A stretch of 64,000 nt of DNA from an uncultured Verrucomicrobiae bacterium (GCA_963719495.1 CAVRCI010000001.1:1-64000), one strand, 5' to 3'. Positions 48,198 through 59,455 are shown, numbered from the stretch's first letter. Notes: generated by a model from the sequence alone, not told the origin. Translations and numbers: made by a program.

Positions 48198-49287
48198 CCG
48201 CCACGTCACCAAAAGAACCCCGCACCCCAACCGACCCACCGCGCCCCCCGCGCAGCACAAACACCGGCACCCGTTCCCGCGTGTGGTCCGTCCCCTGCCA
48301 GGTCGGATCATTCCCATGATCCGCCGTGATGATCACCAGATCATCCTCGGTCACCGCCTCCAAAAATCCCCCCAGCCACGCGTCGAATTCCTCCAGCGCC
48401 CCCGCGTAACCATCCACGTCCCGGCGGTGACCGAACAGCATGTCGAAATCCACCAGGTTCGCAAAAACCAATCCCGTCCCTAGGTCCCCCCAAACCCGCT
48501 CGATCGTTGCCATCCCCTCCGCGTTCGACCCCGTCGGGTGCGAAGCCGCCACCCCGCTCCCCGCGAAGATATCCGAGATCTTCCCGACCCCGATCACCGG
48601 CACCTCGGCGTCCGTCAATGCATTGAGAACCGTCCGAGGTGGCACCAGCGAGAAGTCGTGCCGATTCGCCGTGCGCCGCCACCCGCCGTCCGCGTCTCCC
48701 AGAAACGGCCGGGCGATCACCCGCCCAATCCGCCAGTCGTCGCTGACCCGCCGCGCGATCTCACAAATCCGGTAAAGCTCCGCCACCGGCAAAACCTCCT
48801 CGTGCGCCGCGATTTGCAGCACCGAATCCGCCGAAGTGTAAAGAATCGGCCGTCCCGTCGCGACGTGCTCCGCCCCAAGCTCCTCCAGGATCGCCGTCCC
48901 GCTCGCCGAGGAGTTCCCGATGAACGTCACCCCGGCCTCCGACTCGATGGCCCCGACCAACTCAGCCGGAAATCGCTCGAACGTCGCCATCGCCACCTCC
49001 GTCCGCACCCCCGCCAGCTCCCAGTGCCCCGTCGTCGTATCCTTCCCCGCCGAAGCCTCCGACAACACGCCCACCAGACTTCGCTCCGGTAATTCATCCG
49101 GCTGCCGCCCCGCCGCCATCGCCAGCGCCGCATCCAACCCAATCGACCGCAAATTCGGCACCCGCAGATTCGGCATCCGCTCCAAAATATTCCCCAGCGT
49201 ATTCGCCCCCGCGTCCCCGTAAGCCTCCGCGTCCGGCGCAAAACCGCACCCAACACTATCGAGCACCAAAACCAGCGCCCGCCTCAC
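48133..49287 (-). CDS. deoB: Phosphopentomutase
   Basis: VLDSVG, GKDTTTGHWE, YTSADSV, GRVIARPF, NLVDFDMLFGHRRD, TADHGNDP, DHTRE. Confidence 0.95.
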   Translation of the reverse strand: MRRALVLVLDSVGCGFAPDAEAYGDAGANTLGNILERMPNLRVPNLRSIGLDAALAMAAGRQPDELPERSLVGVLSEASAGKDTTTGHWELAGVRTEVAMATFERFPAELVGAIESEAGVTFIGNSSASGTAILEELGAEHVATGRPILYTSADSVLQIAAHEEVLPVAELYRICEIARRVSDDWRIGRVIARPFLGDADGGWRRTANRHDFSLVPPRTVLNALTDAEVPVIGVGKISDIFAGSGVAASHPTGSNAEGMATIERVWGDLGTGLVFANLVDFDMLFGHRRDVDGYAGALEEFDAWLGGFLEAVTEDDLVIITADHGNDPTWQGTDHTRERVPVFVLRGGRGGSVGVRGSFGDVAATVGEFFGVDWDGDGRSLVGG

Positions 49288-49439
49288 CCCCGGGTCCCCC
49301 CGTCCCAACCTGTCATCTTGAACGAAGTGAAAGATCTCTGACTCCTCACCAGAAAAACACCGCCACCCCAGCGTCCCGCCACCACCGCCCGTCCGCTCAC
49401 CAATTCACCATCAAAAATCGAAAATCGAGACTCGAAAAT

Positions 49440-50321
49440 TCAGAATCCCACCGGGTGCCAGGCCGTCTTCAGCTCGACGGTATCGAGGATCCAATACGGA
49501 CTCCCCTCGCCCGCCGCCCAATCCGCCGCCGATTTCCGATGATCCGCAAAGCGCTTCATGTTCACCGCCGACCCACCCTCGAGCGTCTTCGCCACCGCGT
49601 CGTCGTCGCACCCGTTCACCACCGCGTTCACGTCCATGTGACTCGCAAACTGCCCCGCCAACTCGCTCCGCAGCCCCGTCAGCAAATTCACCACGCCCCC
49701 CGGCACGTCGCTCGTCGCCAGCACCTCGGCGAAGGTCACCGCCGCCAGCGGCACCGTCTCCGAAGCCAGCGCGATCACGGCATTCCCGCTCGCAATCACC
49801 GGAGCGATCAATCCCACCAAGCCCAGCAGCGCCGGCTCGTCCGGACAAACCACCGCGACCACCCCGGTCGCCTCCGGCGTCGTAAAATTGAAGTGCGGCG
49901 TCGCCGTCGGGTTCACCGACGAAAAGACCGCACTGTATTTGTCCGTCCACCCCGCGTAGTGCACCAGCAGGTCGATCGCCGCCGCCACTTCCGCCTCCGC
50001 CGCACCCGGCTTCACGCCCGTCGCCCGCGTCAACTCCCGCTCAAGCTCCGCCCGCCGACTCTCCAGCACCTCCGCCGCCCGGTAAAGAATCTGACCCCGC
50101 AGATACGCGCTCACCCCCGACCACTTCTTCACCGCCCCACGAGCCGCGACCACCGAGTCCCGAAAATCCTTCCGCGAAGCCTGCGCGTAATTCGCCAGCA
50201 CCGTCTTCCCATCCGCCGCCAGCGCCGGGAGCACCCGGCCGCTCTCGCTCCGCGGAAACGCCCCGCCGATCGCCAATTTATACGTCTTTTCCACCGACAG
50301 CCGGGTCGAATTTGTTTTCAC
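49440..50321 (-). CDS. Short aldehyde-dehydrogenase-family protein (NAD-binding part only)
   Basis: KTYKLAIGGAFPRSESGR, RGQILYR, PGGVVNLLTG, KTAWHPVG; no catalytic Cys region. Confidence 0.85.
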   Translation of the reverse strand: MKTNSTRLSVEKTYKLAIGGAFPRSESGRVLPALAADGKTVLANYAQASRKDFRDSVVAARGAVKKWSGVSAYLRGQILYRAAEVLESRRAELERELTRATGVKPGAAEAEVAAAIDLLVHYAGWTDKYSAVFSSVNPTATPHFNFTTPEATGVVAVVCPDEPALLGLVGLIAPVIASGNAVIALASETVPLAAVTFAEVLATSDVPGGVVNLLTGLRSELAGQFASHMDVNAVVNGCDDDAVAKTLEGGSAVNMKRFADHRKSAADWAAGEGSPYWILDTVELKTAWHPVGF

Positions 50322-50350
50322 AGCCACAATGATCCGAAGATATTCCGCCA

Positions 50351-51286
50351 ATGCGCAAAAACGAGCCAATTTACGTCGCCGGGCACCGCGGAATGGCCGG
50401 CAGTGCCGTCGTCCGCCGCCTCCAAGCCCAAGGATTCGAAAACATCCTCACCGCCACCCGCGCCGAGGTCGATCTGCAGGACCCCGAAGCCGTCCGCCGA
50501 TTTTACGAAACCCACCGGCCGTCCGCCGTCGTCGTCGCCGCCGCCAAAGTCGGCGGCATCGTTGCGAACAACGAGCAGCCCGTCGAATTCCTCCTCGAAA
50601 ACCTCCGCATCCAAAACAACCTCATCGCCGCCGCCCACGAGTTCGACGTCGAAAAACTCCTCTTCCTCGGAAGCTCCTGCATTTACCCGAAATTCGCCGA
50701 CCAGCCCATCCGCGAGGATTCCCTCCTCACTGGCGCGCTCGAGCCCACGAACGAACCCTACGCCCTAGCCAAGATCGCCGGCATCCGCCTCTGCCAGTCC
50801 TACCACCGCCAATACGATCGCAATTTCATCTCGGCCATGCCGACCAATCTCTACGGCCCCCACGACAACTTCGACCTCCACACCTCCCACGTCCTCCCCG
50901 CCCTCATCCGCAAAGTCCACCACGCGAAAGCCGCCGGCGAGCCATCCGTCCCCATCTGGGGCACCGGCAGCCCCCGCCGCGAATTTCTCCACGTCGACGA
51001 CCTCGCCGACGCCTGCTTCTTCCTCCTCGAAAACTACGACTCGCCGGAAATCGTCAACGTCGGCTGCGGCCAGGACGTCACCATCCGCGAACTCGCCGAA
51101 ACGGTCTGCGAAGTCCTCGGCTACGAAGGCACCCTCACCTTCGACGCCACCAAGCCCGACGGCACCCCCCGCAAGCTCCTGGACATGACCAAACTCTTCG
51201 ATCTCGGCTGGAAGCCGAAGATTGCCCTCACCGAAGGTATCGCCGGCGCGTATCAATGGTTCCTCGAGAACGTCGAACACCCATGA
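50351..51286 (+). CDS. fcl: GDP-L-fucose synthase
   Basis: [45 protein letters not shown]. Confidence 0.95.
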   Translation: MRKNEPIYVAGHRGMAGSAVVRRLQAQGFENILTATRAEVDLQDPEAVRRFYETHRPSAVVVAAAKVGGIVANNEQPVEFLLENLRIQNNLIAAAHEFDVEKLLFLGSSCIYPKFADQPIREDSLLTGALEPTNEPYALAKIAGIRLCQSYHRQYDRNFISAMPTNLYGPHDNFDLHTSHVLPALIRKVHHAKAAGEPSVPIWGTGSPRREFLHVDDLADACFFLLENYDSPEIVNVGCGQDVTIRELAETVCEVLGYEGTLTFDATKPDGTPRKLLDMTKLFDLGWKPKIALTEGIAGAYQWFLENVEHP

Positions 51287-51870
51287 AAACTTTCACCCAT
51301 TTCGCCATCTTCGCGGGTTTGGCGAGCCTCCTCACCTCCTGCGCCACCGACACCAACATGAAAAACCGACAAGCCATCGCCGCTTACGAATCCGCCGTGG
51401 CGGAACTGAAAACCGAACCCACCGTCCGCCCCGGCAGCCCCGAGGAAGCGGCGGGCATCCAGCGCTTCAAAGACTTCTTCGGTGACATCAGCGAACAAAG
51501 CGTTCGCAAAAAGACGAAGGAAACCTACAGCGAAAACGCCTTCCTCAACGACACCCTCAAAACCGTCCAAGGCAATCAAGCCATCGAGGAATACTTCCTC
51601 GAGACCGCCAAGAACGCCAAAAAGGTCCAGGCCACCGTCGAAGACGTCGCCGTATCCGACGGCAACTATTACCTCCGCTGGGTCATGGACGTGGAATTCG
51701 CCAAATTCAAGAAGGGCAAAACCATCCGCACCATCGGCATCACCCAGGTCAGATTTACCGAAGACGGAAAAATCGCGCTCCACCAGGACTTCTGGGACCC
51801 AGCCGCCGGCCTCTACGAGCACATCCCGGTAATCGGAGGCCTCATCCGCCTAATAAAGAGCCAGTTCTAG
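51283..51870 (+). CDS. SnoaL/NTF2-like lipoprotein
   Basis: Lipobox [27 protein letters not shown]. Confidence 0.8.
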   Translation: MKTFTHFAIFAGLASLLTSCATDTNMKNRQAIAAYESAVAELKTEPTVRPGSPEEAAGIQRFKDFFGDISEQSVRKKTKETYSENAFLNDTLKTVQGNQAIEEYFLETAKNAKKVQATVEDVAVSDGNYYLRWVMDVEFAKFKKGKTIRTIGITQVRFTEDGKIALHQDFWDPAAGLYEHIPVIGGLIRLIKSQF

Positions 51871-52289
51871 TCTGAGGGGAAAGTTGGGGAGCGCACGCGT
51901 CCCCGCGTGCGAGCCGCGGCGTCCCGCCGCGGCTTTAGGCAAATCGAGCGAAGCGAGAGAGCCGGACAACCAAACCCTGTCATGCCGAGCCGAGCGAAGC
52001 ATCACTGGCTTCTCACCCACGCTCCCACCAAGATCGAGTCCCCCACGAAAAAGCGACGAAACCCCGCGGCGCGCCGTCTCCACCAAACGGTAGGGCGCTT
52101 CGCGCCGCGAGCGCCCTAGCCTTCACGCAGACCGCCCGCCCCACCACCCATCGCCGCCACGCCTCCCAACCCCCCGATCTCTCCACTCACCAAAACGCGA
52201 AGAACCCCGGGCAACGAACGTCACCCGGGGCTCTCCAAACTCATCACCGCGAAAAGCGGCAGCGCGCTGCGCCCGATGCAAAAGCCCCG

Positions 52290-54374
52290 TTACTTCTCGG
52301 CGTTCCGCTTCGCGGTCTCCGCGATCACGGTCTCCGCGACGTTCTTCGGACAAGGCGCGTAGTGCGAAAACTCCATCGAGAATTGGCCGCGACCCGAAGT
52401 CATCGAACGCAGATCGCCGATGTAACCAAACATCTCGCTCAAAGGGGCGTCGGCCTTGATGCGAATCCCCGTCGGAGTCGTGTCCTGCGCCTTGATCATT
52501 CCGCGGCGGCGATTGAGATCACCAATCGCGTCACCGACGTGATTCTCCGGGACGAAGACGTCCAATTTCATGACCGGCTCGAGCAACTGCGCCCCGGCCT
52601 TCGGCATCGACTGGCGGTAGGCCGACTTCGCGGCGATCTCGAACGCGATGGCCGACGAATCGACCGCGTGCGAACCACCGTCCGTGAGCGTCACCTTGAA
52701 CGCCAAACACGGGAACCCCGCGAGCACGCCCTTGTCCTTCGAATTCTTGAAGCCCTTTTCGACCGCCGGAATGTATTCCTTCGGCACGTTGCCGCCGACG
52801 ACCTTGGATTCGAACGTGAAGTCCGATCCCATCTCGAGCGGCTCGATCGTGTAATCGATTCGGGCGAATTGACCCGATCCACCCGACTGCTTCTTGTGCG
52901 TGTAGGTGTCCGAGATCGCCTTCGTGATCGTCTCGCGATACGCGACCTGCGGCTTGCCGACGGTCACTTCGACGCCGTGCGTCCGCTTGAGGATGTCGAC
53001 CTTGATGTCGAGGTGAAGCTCGCCCATTCCCTTGAGAATCGTCTCGCCGCTGTCCTCGTCGGTCTCGACGTGGAACGAAGGATCCTCCTTCACCATCTTG
53101 CCGATGGCCGTGCCGAGCTTCTCGGAAGCACCCTTGTCCTTCGGCGCGACGGCGATGGAAATGACCGGATCCGGGAAGACCATTGGCTCCAACGTCGCGG
53201 GGTCCTTCGGATCACAAAGCGTGTGGCCCGTCTGGACGTTCTTCATTCCGACGATGGCGATGATGTCACCCGCCCGGGCGGAGTCGATTTCCTCACGGCT
53301 GTCGGCGTGCATTGCAACCAGACGACCGATCCGCTCTTCCTTGCCGGTGAACGTATTGAGCACGTTCATACCCCGCTCGAGTTTGCCGGAATAGATTCGG
53401 GTAAACGTCAGCGCGCCGAACTTGTCGTCCATGATCTTGAACGCCAGCGCGCGAAGCGGCTCGTCTTCGGAGACGATGGCGAACTCGCCGGTCTCGTTGC
53501 CTTCGAGGTCGACCTCGGGTTGCGGCGGCACTTCCGTCGGGCTCGGGAGGTAATCCACGACGCCGTCGAGCACGTTCTGCACGCCCTTGTTCTTGAACGA
53601 GGACCCGCAATACGTCGGGAAGAAATCCAGCGCGATCGTGCCCTTGCGAATGAGGCGCTTGATGGTCGGAAGGTCCGGCATTTCACCATCGAGATACTTC
53701 TCCATCACGTCGTCATCCTGCTCGATGACGGTTTCGATGAGCTCCGCGCGATACTTCGCCGCGAGCTCTTTCATGTCGTCCGGAATCGGGTGAATCGTGA
53801 AGTTGAGCGGATCGCCGGAGTCATCCCAGATCATCGCGTTCTCTTCGAGCAGCTGAACGACACCCTTGAAATTCTCCTCCGTTCCGACGGGCAGCACCAT
53901 CACGAGCGGCTTGGCGGCGAGGATCTCCTCGACCTGCTTCACGACGCGGTAGAAGTCGGCGCCGATCCGGTCCAGCTTGTTCACGTAGATGACCCGCGAG
54001 ACCTTCGAGTCGTTCGCGTAGCGCCAATTCGTCTCCGACTGCGGCTCCACGCCGCCCGAGCCACAGAACACGCCGATGCCGCCGTCCAGCACCTTGAGCG
54101 AACGATACACCTCGATGGTAAAATCCACGTGGCCCGGGGTGTCGATGATGTTGAATTGATGGTCGTTCCAGAAACAGGTCGTCGCGGCCGACTGAATCGT
54201 GATCCCGCGCTCCTGCTCCTGCTCCATGAAGTCGGTCGTCGCCGCGCCGTCGTGCACCTCGCCGATCTTGTGAATTTTGCCCGTGAGCTTGAGGATTCGC
54301 TCCGTCGTCGTCGTCTTGCCGGCGTCCACGTGGGCGAAAATGCCGATGTTGCGGTATTTGGAAATGTCAGTCAT
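52290..54374 (-). CDS. fusA: Elongation factor G (stand-alone copy)
   Basis: [58 protein letters not shown]. Confidence 0.96.
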   Translation of the reverse strand: MTDISKYRNIGIFAHVDAGKTTTTERILKLTGKIHKIGEVHDGAATTDFMEQEQERGITIQSAATTCFWNDHQFNIIDTPGHVDFTIEVYRSLKVLDGGIGVFCGSGGVEPQSETNWRYANDSKVSRVIYVNKLDRIGADFYRVVKQVEEILAAKPLVMVLPVGTEENFKGVVQLLEENAMIWDDSGDPLNFTIHPIPDDMKELAAKYRAELIETVIEQDDDVMEKYLDGEMPDLPTIKRLIRKGTIALDFFPTYCGSSFKNKGVQNVLDGVVDYLPSPTEVPPQPEVDLEGNETGEFAIVSEDEPLRALAFKIMDDKFGALTFTRIYSGKLERGMNVLNTFTGKEERIGRLVAMHADSREEIDSARAGDIIAIVGMKNVQTGHTLCDPKDPATLEPMVFPDPVISIAVAPKDKGASEKLGTAIGKMVKEDPSFHVETDEDSGETILKGMGELHLDIKVDILKRTHGVEVTVGKPQVAYRETITKAISDTYTHKKQSGGSGQFARIDYTIEPLEMGSDFTFESKVVGGNVPKEYIPAVEKGFKNSKDKGVLAGFPCLAFKVTLTDGGSHAVDSSAIAFEIAAKSAYRQSMPKAGAQLLEPVMKLDVFVPENHVGDAIGDLNRRRGMIKAQDTTPTGIRIKADAPLSEMFGYIGDLRSMTSGRGQFSMEFSHYAPCPKNVAETVIAETAKRNAEK

Positions 54375-54644
54375 CTGAATGGTATTGGGTTACCGCCCGA
54401 TTTGGCGGGACAGTATTCCTAGAGCACTTCGGCAAAATGGCAACCGCTAGTGTGGCGAAAAACCGGGTGTGATCGAAAGCGCGTCCGGATTGGAAGAAGA
54501 ATCTCGTGAACGCCACCAACGTCTGACCGAGGGGACGCCAGGAGGCTTGCGACGAGTCCGTGGAAAATCGCCACGGCCCAAGGCCTCGCAGCATCGGGTC
54601 TCCCGCCTCATCCAGACGCCCCCCCCCAATTCCCGCGGAGTCCA

Positions 54645-54678
54645 CCGATAAAACGTAACGGCCGTTACGTTTTATCGG
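54645..54678. repeat. Perfect 34-bp palindrome
   Basis: ccgataaaacgtaacgg|ccgttacgttttatcgg. Confidence 0.95.
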
Positions 54679-54809
54679 GAGCGGATTCATTCATTCGTCC
54701 GTTCGTTCGCTCGCCACTCCCCGTCCGGGGACCCCCGGATCCGCGGCCTTCCGACGGGCAAGCTCCGGCTCGCCAGCAGTAAGGCCCGGGCTCTTCCGAG
54801 GACCGGGCC

Positions 54810-54867
54810 ACCAATCCATTACCTGTAAAATGTGACGACCGTCACATTTTACAGGTAATGGATTGGT
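54810..54867. repeat. 58-bp inverted repeat (28-bp perfect arms, 2-nt centre)
   Basis: accaatccattacctgtaaaatgtgacg-ac-cgtcacattttacaggtaatggattggt. Confidence 0.95.
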
Positions 54868-55027
54868 TGGGGCGCTCTGCCGCCAACACCGAGGTTAGCC
54901 GGAGATTTGCTTCTCCGCGCGGGTGATATCGTGGCCACCCGAGGGAGGGTTTACTCGCGGCTCGACGCGGCCTGGCTCGTTGATCCCTATCTCACTCGCA
55001 CCTTTGGGCTCAGCCTTGAACGCACTT

Positions 55028-55900
55028 TCAATCATACCCCGAAAAACCCACAGTCGGTTCGAACCGTTCAATTGCCGGCAGAGACAGGTCTCCGACCTTC
55101 AGCCCACGATTGATCCGCAGCCCCTCCATCGTCCACCGGTGCGCGAACAAATCAAACGGCGACCGGATCCGTTCCACGGACACCGTCGGCCACAAAACCC
55201 CGCCAACCTCCCGAAACTCCGAAAACGTCACGTCCACCTCCGCCCCCGCCGTGCTCGCGAGCCCATTCAGCGTCATCCGGACCCGCACGAGCCGCCCCGT
55301 CCGCCGCTCGAACGACAACACCACCCGGTCCTCCTCCGAAAATCCAAACCCCGGCCGCACCACCGCCAACACCTGATCGCAAACCTCCCCGCCGACCCGA
55401 CCCTCGCCCGCCATCGCCAGCGTCACCCCGGCCCGCCGGAAGTAAAACGGCCCAAGCAAAAACAGCTCGTAGGCATCCGCGACCAAAGCCGCCGCCGCCC
55501 GCACCTCGTCGTCCGCCGCCGTCTTGCCGTTGTAGAGCACCGACACCTCAGCACCCGTCCGCCGCACCACCTTCGTTCCGCCCACCCCCTCGTGCCGCTG
55601 CGCCACGAGACCCGTCCCCAGAATCAACCGCTCCTCCGATCCCTTCCGAAACTCCTGATCCACCAGCACCGGCTGAAATTTCGGCCCGATCGCCCCCCAC
55701 GTCCCATCGTAGCGCACGCTCAAATCCCGCACGCGATCGAAGGCCACCCCACCCTGCGCCTCCCGCGCCCGCTCCAGCAAGGCCGCCGCCCGGTCGTCGC
55801 CCGCACCATCGATCGGGCCGGCCGGAATCCGCGTCGAGGCACACGCGGCTAAAAAGATCACCAAGCCCACGGCCCCACCCATCCACATTCCAATTTTCAT
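55028..55900 (-). CDS. Hypothetical lipoprotein
   Basis: Lipobox LAAC; beta-rich body. Confidence 0.7.
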   Translation of the reverse strand: MKIGMWMGGAVGLVIFLAACASTRIPAGPIDGAGDDRAAALLERAREAQGGVAFDRVRDLSVRYDGTWGAIGPKFQPVLVDQEFRKGSEERLILGTGLVAQRHEGVGGTKVVRRTGAEVSVLYNGKTAADDEVRAAAALVADAYELFLLGPFYFRRAGVTLAMAGEGRVGGEVCDQVLAVVRPGFGFSEEDRVVLSFERRTGRLVRVRMTLNGLASTAGAEVDVTFSEFREVGGVLWPTVSVERIRSPFDLFAHRWTMEGLRINRGLKVGDLSLPAIERFEPTVGFSGYD

Positions 55901-55961
55901 CCCCACCGATACGTCGCAGCTCGGTCCGTCGGAACCTGGCGTGGCCGCCGCGTCGCGCCAA

Positions 55962-55982
55962 TTGTGACAATTTCGTAACATT
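55962..55982 (-). promoter_or_regulatory. Candidate PHO box
   Basis: TGTTAC-GAAAT-TGTCAC 11-bp-period direct repeat in the intergenic region next to the Na/Pi cotransporter. Confidence 0.5.
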
Positions 55983-56010
55983 CGGCGCGTAATTTGCTAA
56001 ATTCGTCCCG

Positions 56011-57612
56011 TTGTTTCAGATCGCCGGGGGCGTCGCCCTCATTCTATTCGGAGTTCGCTTCCTGCGAAAAAGCCTCGACCGACTCTTCGGCTCGAACCTC
56101 GCCGCGTGGCTCCGCCGCGCCACCTCCACCCGCTGGCGGGCCTTCGGCGGAGGCTGCGCCGTCGCCTGCCTCGCCCCCTCTTCCACGACGGTCGCCCTCC
56201 TCAGCCTCGACGTCATGCGGACCGGCCGCGTCCCCCCCGAACGCATGCTCGCCGTCATGCTCGGCGCGAACGTCGGCATCACCATCACCGTCCAGCTCCT
56301 CTCGTTCGACATCTACAGCTACTCGGCCGTCTTTCTCGTTCTCGGCCTCGTCGGTTTCCAATTTCTCACCCGCAATCTCTTCCGCGGCATCGGCCAATTC
56401 CTCCTCTCGCTCGGCTTCATCTTCCTCGCGATGGAAATGATCAGCCGTTCCGCCGCCACGGTCGCCACCAGTCCCGACCTCACCGACGTCATCGCCATCC
56501 TCGCCCGGCACCCCGTCCTCCTCACCCTCCTCGCCACCATCCTCACGATGCTCCTCCAGAGCTCGACCGCCGTGATCGGACTCTCCATGGCCCTCGCCGA
56601 AGGCGGACTCGGCGACACCAGTCTCATCGTCGCCGTCGTCCTCGGAGCCAACCTCGGCACCGCTGGCACCCTGCTCCTCTCCGGCTGGAACGAACTCGAA
56701 CTCCGCCGCACCGCCGTCGCAAATCTCCTCCTCAAAGGAATCCCCGTCGCCGCCCTCCTCGCCACCGCGTCCCTCTGGACTCCGTGGCTCCAAGCCCAGA
56801 CCTTCTCCCCCTCACTCTTGGCCGCCAATCTCCACACCGGCTTCAACCTCTCCGTCGCCGCCGTCGGCCTCCTCGTCCTCGGACCCGTCAGCCGGTTCGC
56901 CCGCAACCTCATCTCCGAGGACGCCCCCGGCCCGAGCACCCCGCTCCTCCCCACCACCTACCTCGACCCGCAAGCCCTCCCCATCCCATCCCTCGCCCTC
57001 GCCCACGCCAGCCGCGAGATCCTCCTCATGGCCGACACCGTCCAGTCCATGGTCACCGGCTACGGCCAGGCCCAGCGCTCCCGCAACCTGATGCTCGCCC
57101 GCGGCATCCGCGTTCAGGACGACCGCGTCGACCGGCTCAACGAAACCATCAAATCCTTCCTCAGCCAGATCAGCGAAGAATCCCTCAACCCCGTGGAATC
57201 CCGCACGCTCTTCACCCTGCTCGGCTCCGCCAACGAACTCGAATCCATCGGCGACATCGTCGACAAAAACCTCTGCGACCACCTCGTCAAACAGCTCGAA
57301 GGCAATTTCGCCGCCCCCGTCGCCGACCAATCCCGCCTCGACGGACTCCAGGATCAACTCGTCACCCGCTTCACCCTCGGCCTCGGCTTCCTCACCACCA
57401 CCGACCCCACCCAGGCCGCCGCCTTCCTCGAAACCAAAGCCGCGTTCGACCAGGAATGCCGCGCCGCGCAGACGGAACACTTCACCCGCCTCGTCCACTC
57501 CGACCCAGCCACCCTGGAAGCCAGCGCCTTCTTCCTGGACAGCGTCACCAGCTACCGCCGAATCAACGGCCATCTGGCAAACCTCGCCTACGCCTACGCC
57601 AAAGCCCGCTGA
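56011..57612 (+). CDS. Na/Pi cotransporter family protein with PhoU-like C-terminus
   Basis: PSSTT/QSSTA repeats, LGANVG/LGANLGT, ELESIGDIVDKN. Confidence 0.9.
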   Translation: MFQIAGGVALILFGVRFLRKSLDRLFGSNLAAWLRRATSTRWRAFGGGCAVACLAPSSTTVALLSLDVMRTGRVPPERMLAVMLGANVGITITVQLLSFDIYSYSAVFLVLGLVGFQFLTRNLFRGIGQFLLSLGFIFLAMEMISRSAATVATSPDLTDVIAILARHPVLLTLLATILTMLLQSSTAVIGLSMALAEGGLGDTSLIVAVVLGANLGTAGTLLLSGWNELELRRTAVANLLLKGIPVAALLATASLWTPWLQAQTFSPSLLAANLHTGFNLSVAAVGLLVLGPVSRFARNLISEDAPGPSTPLLPTTYLDPQALPIPSLALAHASREILLMADTVQSMVTGYGQAQRSRNLMLARGIRVQDDRVDRLNETIKSFLSQISEESLNPVESRTLFTLLGSANELESIGDIVDKNLCDHLVKQLEGNFAAPVADQSRLDGLQDQLVTRFTLGLGFLTTTDPTQAAAFLETKAAFDQECRAAQTEHFTRLVHSDPATLEASAFFLDSVTSYRRINGHLANLAYAYAKAR

Positions 57613-57791
57613 CGCTCGGCTGAATCACTGAATCAAATGGGGTGAGGGCGTCCCGCCCTCAGAATCGCATCCAAGCGAGAGGACGAGACGTCCTCCCCCC
57701 GGTTGCCGGAAAAGCCACCAATCACAATTCACCAGTCACCCGCCACCAATCACCATTCACCGTTCACCAGTCACTCCCCACCGCCCCGCTC

Positions 57792-59122
57792 CCAGCAGTT
57801 CTCATTTTGGCATTGTTGAAGTGCCAGAGGGCGGTCGGCTGACTCGAAGGGGAGGTGAATTGGAGGGCGGCGTTGGAAGAGGCGCGAATGTTACGAAATT
57901 GTAACTTGTACTTTTTGGGCAGTACCGGCATGGCTTGGACCCAGGAAAACCACGCCGCCCGGATTGGCCCGCATTATCGGGAGGTTCCGTGCCGTGGCGG
58001 GGGGACTTCCCGATCCGCGCAAGGGTAAGAACACGAGTTTTTCGATGGCGGACATCGCGCTGAGCGCGTTTTCGGTATTCTTCACGCAGAGCGCGTCGTT
58101 TTTGAGTTTGAAGCAGGCCATGGAGGCGGCGCGCGGTCGCAACAACGCGCACTCGCTCTTCGGGGTGGGGCGCATCCCCTGCGACAACCACATCCGGGCG
58201 ACGCTGGACACTGTGGCCCCCGAACATCTCTACGAACTCTTCGACGACCTCCACGCGGGCTTCGAGGACTGCGGCCAACTCGAGGCCATGCGTGCGGTGC
58301 AGGGCACCCGACTCACCGCCTTGGACGGCACCTGGTATTTTTCCTCCCAGTCCGAGAACATCCACTGCTCGCGCATCGAGCACGCCAATGGATGCACGAC
58401 GCATTACCACAGCGCGCTGACCCCGGTCGTGGTGAGCCCCGGACACTCCCAAGTCGTGCCCTTGCGCCCAGAGTTCGTCGTCCCGCAGGACGGCCACTCC
58501 AAGCAGGACTGCTTTGATCGCCGCGGCCAAGCGTTGGCTGGCCGCCAACGCCGAGCGCTACCACACCGGCAACGACACCCTGCTCGGAGACGACCTCTAC
58601 GCCCACCAGCCCTTCTGCCGCCAAGTGCTCCTGCACGGCTTCCACTTCCTGTTCACCTGCAAGCCCGCCTCCCACACCCATCTCAGCCACCTCGAACACA
58701 ACTTCGGCCACGGCAAAGCCCACCTCTCCAGCCTACTGGCCACCATGAACCTGCTCGCCTTCGGCCTGCACACCCTGCTCGAACTCACCGACGGCAACTA
58801 CCGCCTCGTTCGCTCCGCCGTGGGCGCTCGGCGCAAGTTCTTCGAGCACATCCGCACGCTCACCACCTACCTGCACTTCGAAAGCTGGGACCATCTCATG
58901 GACTTCATGCTCCGGGGTCTGGAAATCGGCCCCTACGCCTCGCTTCGAAACTGAGCCCCATTCTTGCGGCCAATCGCGCGTCAGCCTGCCGCGCTGGCGC
59001 AGCCTGTACCGGTCCCGCCCCGCCGCCCATCAATTCCGGCGGCCACTCCACGCTCATCCCTTTGCTCCAACCCTCTCACATCTCCCCCCTGTCTGCCGGC
59101 ACCCCAAAATGAGAACTGCTGG
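57792..59122 (+). mobile_element. Decayed ISNCY-like insertion sequence
   Basis: Perfect 19-bp terminal inverted repeats ccagcagttctcattttgg (57792-57810) / ccaaaatgagaactgctgg (59104-59122); no target-site duplication seen. Confidence 0.85.
57964..58954 (+). pseudogene. DDE transposase pseudogene
   Basis: LPDPRKGKN, ALDGTWYFSS, QDGHSKQDC then frameshift near 58514 to AAAKRWL...LGDDLY; apparent internal deletion before LEHNFGHG. Confidence 0.85.
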
Positions 59123-59251
59123 AGCTTCCAGCTCGCCGTGCCGACCTTCCAGGTCGACACCCGTTCGATATGGCGAAGCCTCAAATTTCCGCCCTGCTGG
59201 CCGCCCGCAACCGCTTCCGACCATCCATCAGATCCGACACCGCCCGCCGTT

Positions 59252-59455
59252 CTAAGCTGATCCGCGACCGGTTTTGGACTGCAGCTCGTCGATCCTCTTC
59301 GAAGCGTCCGCTTTCGACAAATTCTCGTCGAACTCGACGCCAGCCTCCTGGCACAACGTCTTGAGATAGGATTTTTGTGGCCCGGTCATGGGCTCGTCTC
59401 CGGTCGCCCAGTCGGCGGGATCTTTTTCAGGATTCGGGGTCACGTTTTCGCTCAT
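59252..59455 (-). CDS. DUF3072 family small protein
   Basis: KDPADWATGDEPMTGPQKSYLKTL, LSKADASKRIDEL. Confidence 0.85.
   Translation of the reverse strand: MSENVTPNPEKDPADWATGDEPMTGPQKSYLKTLCQEAGVEFDENLSKADASKRIDELQSKTGRGSA

Noticed and set aside
54810..54867. Protelomerase (telRL-like) site or rho-independent terminator
   Set aside because: No protelomerase gene in the window; AT-rich arms without a loop or U-tract, far from a stop codon, do not fit a terminator.
58500..58520. Programmed frameshift in the transposase
   Set aside because: No slippery heptamer, and further deletions indicate decay.
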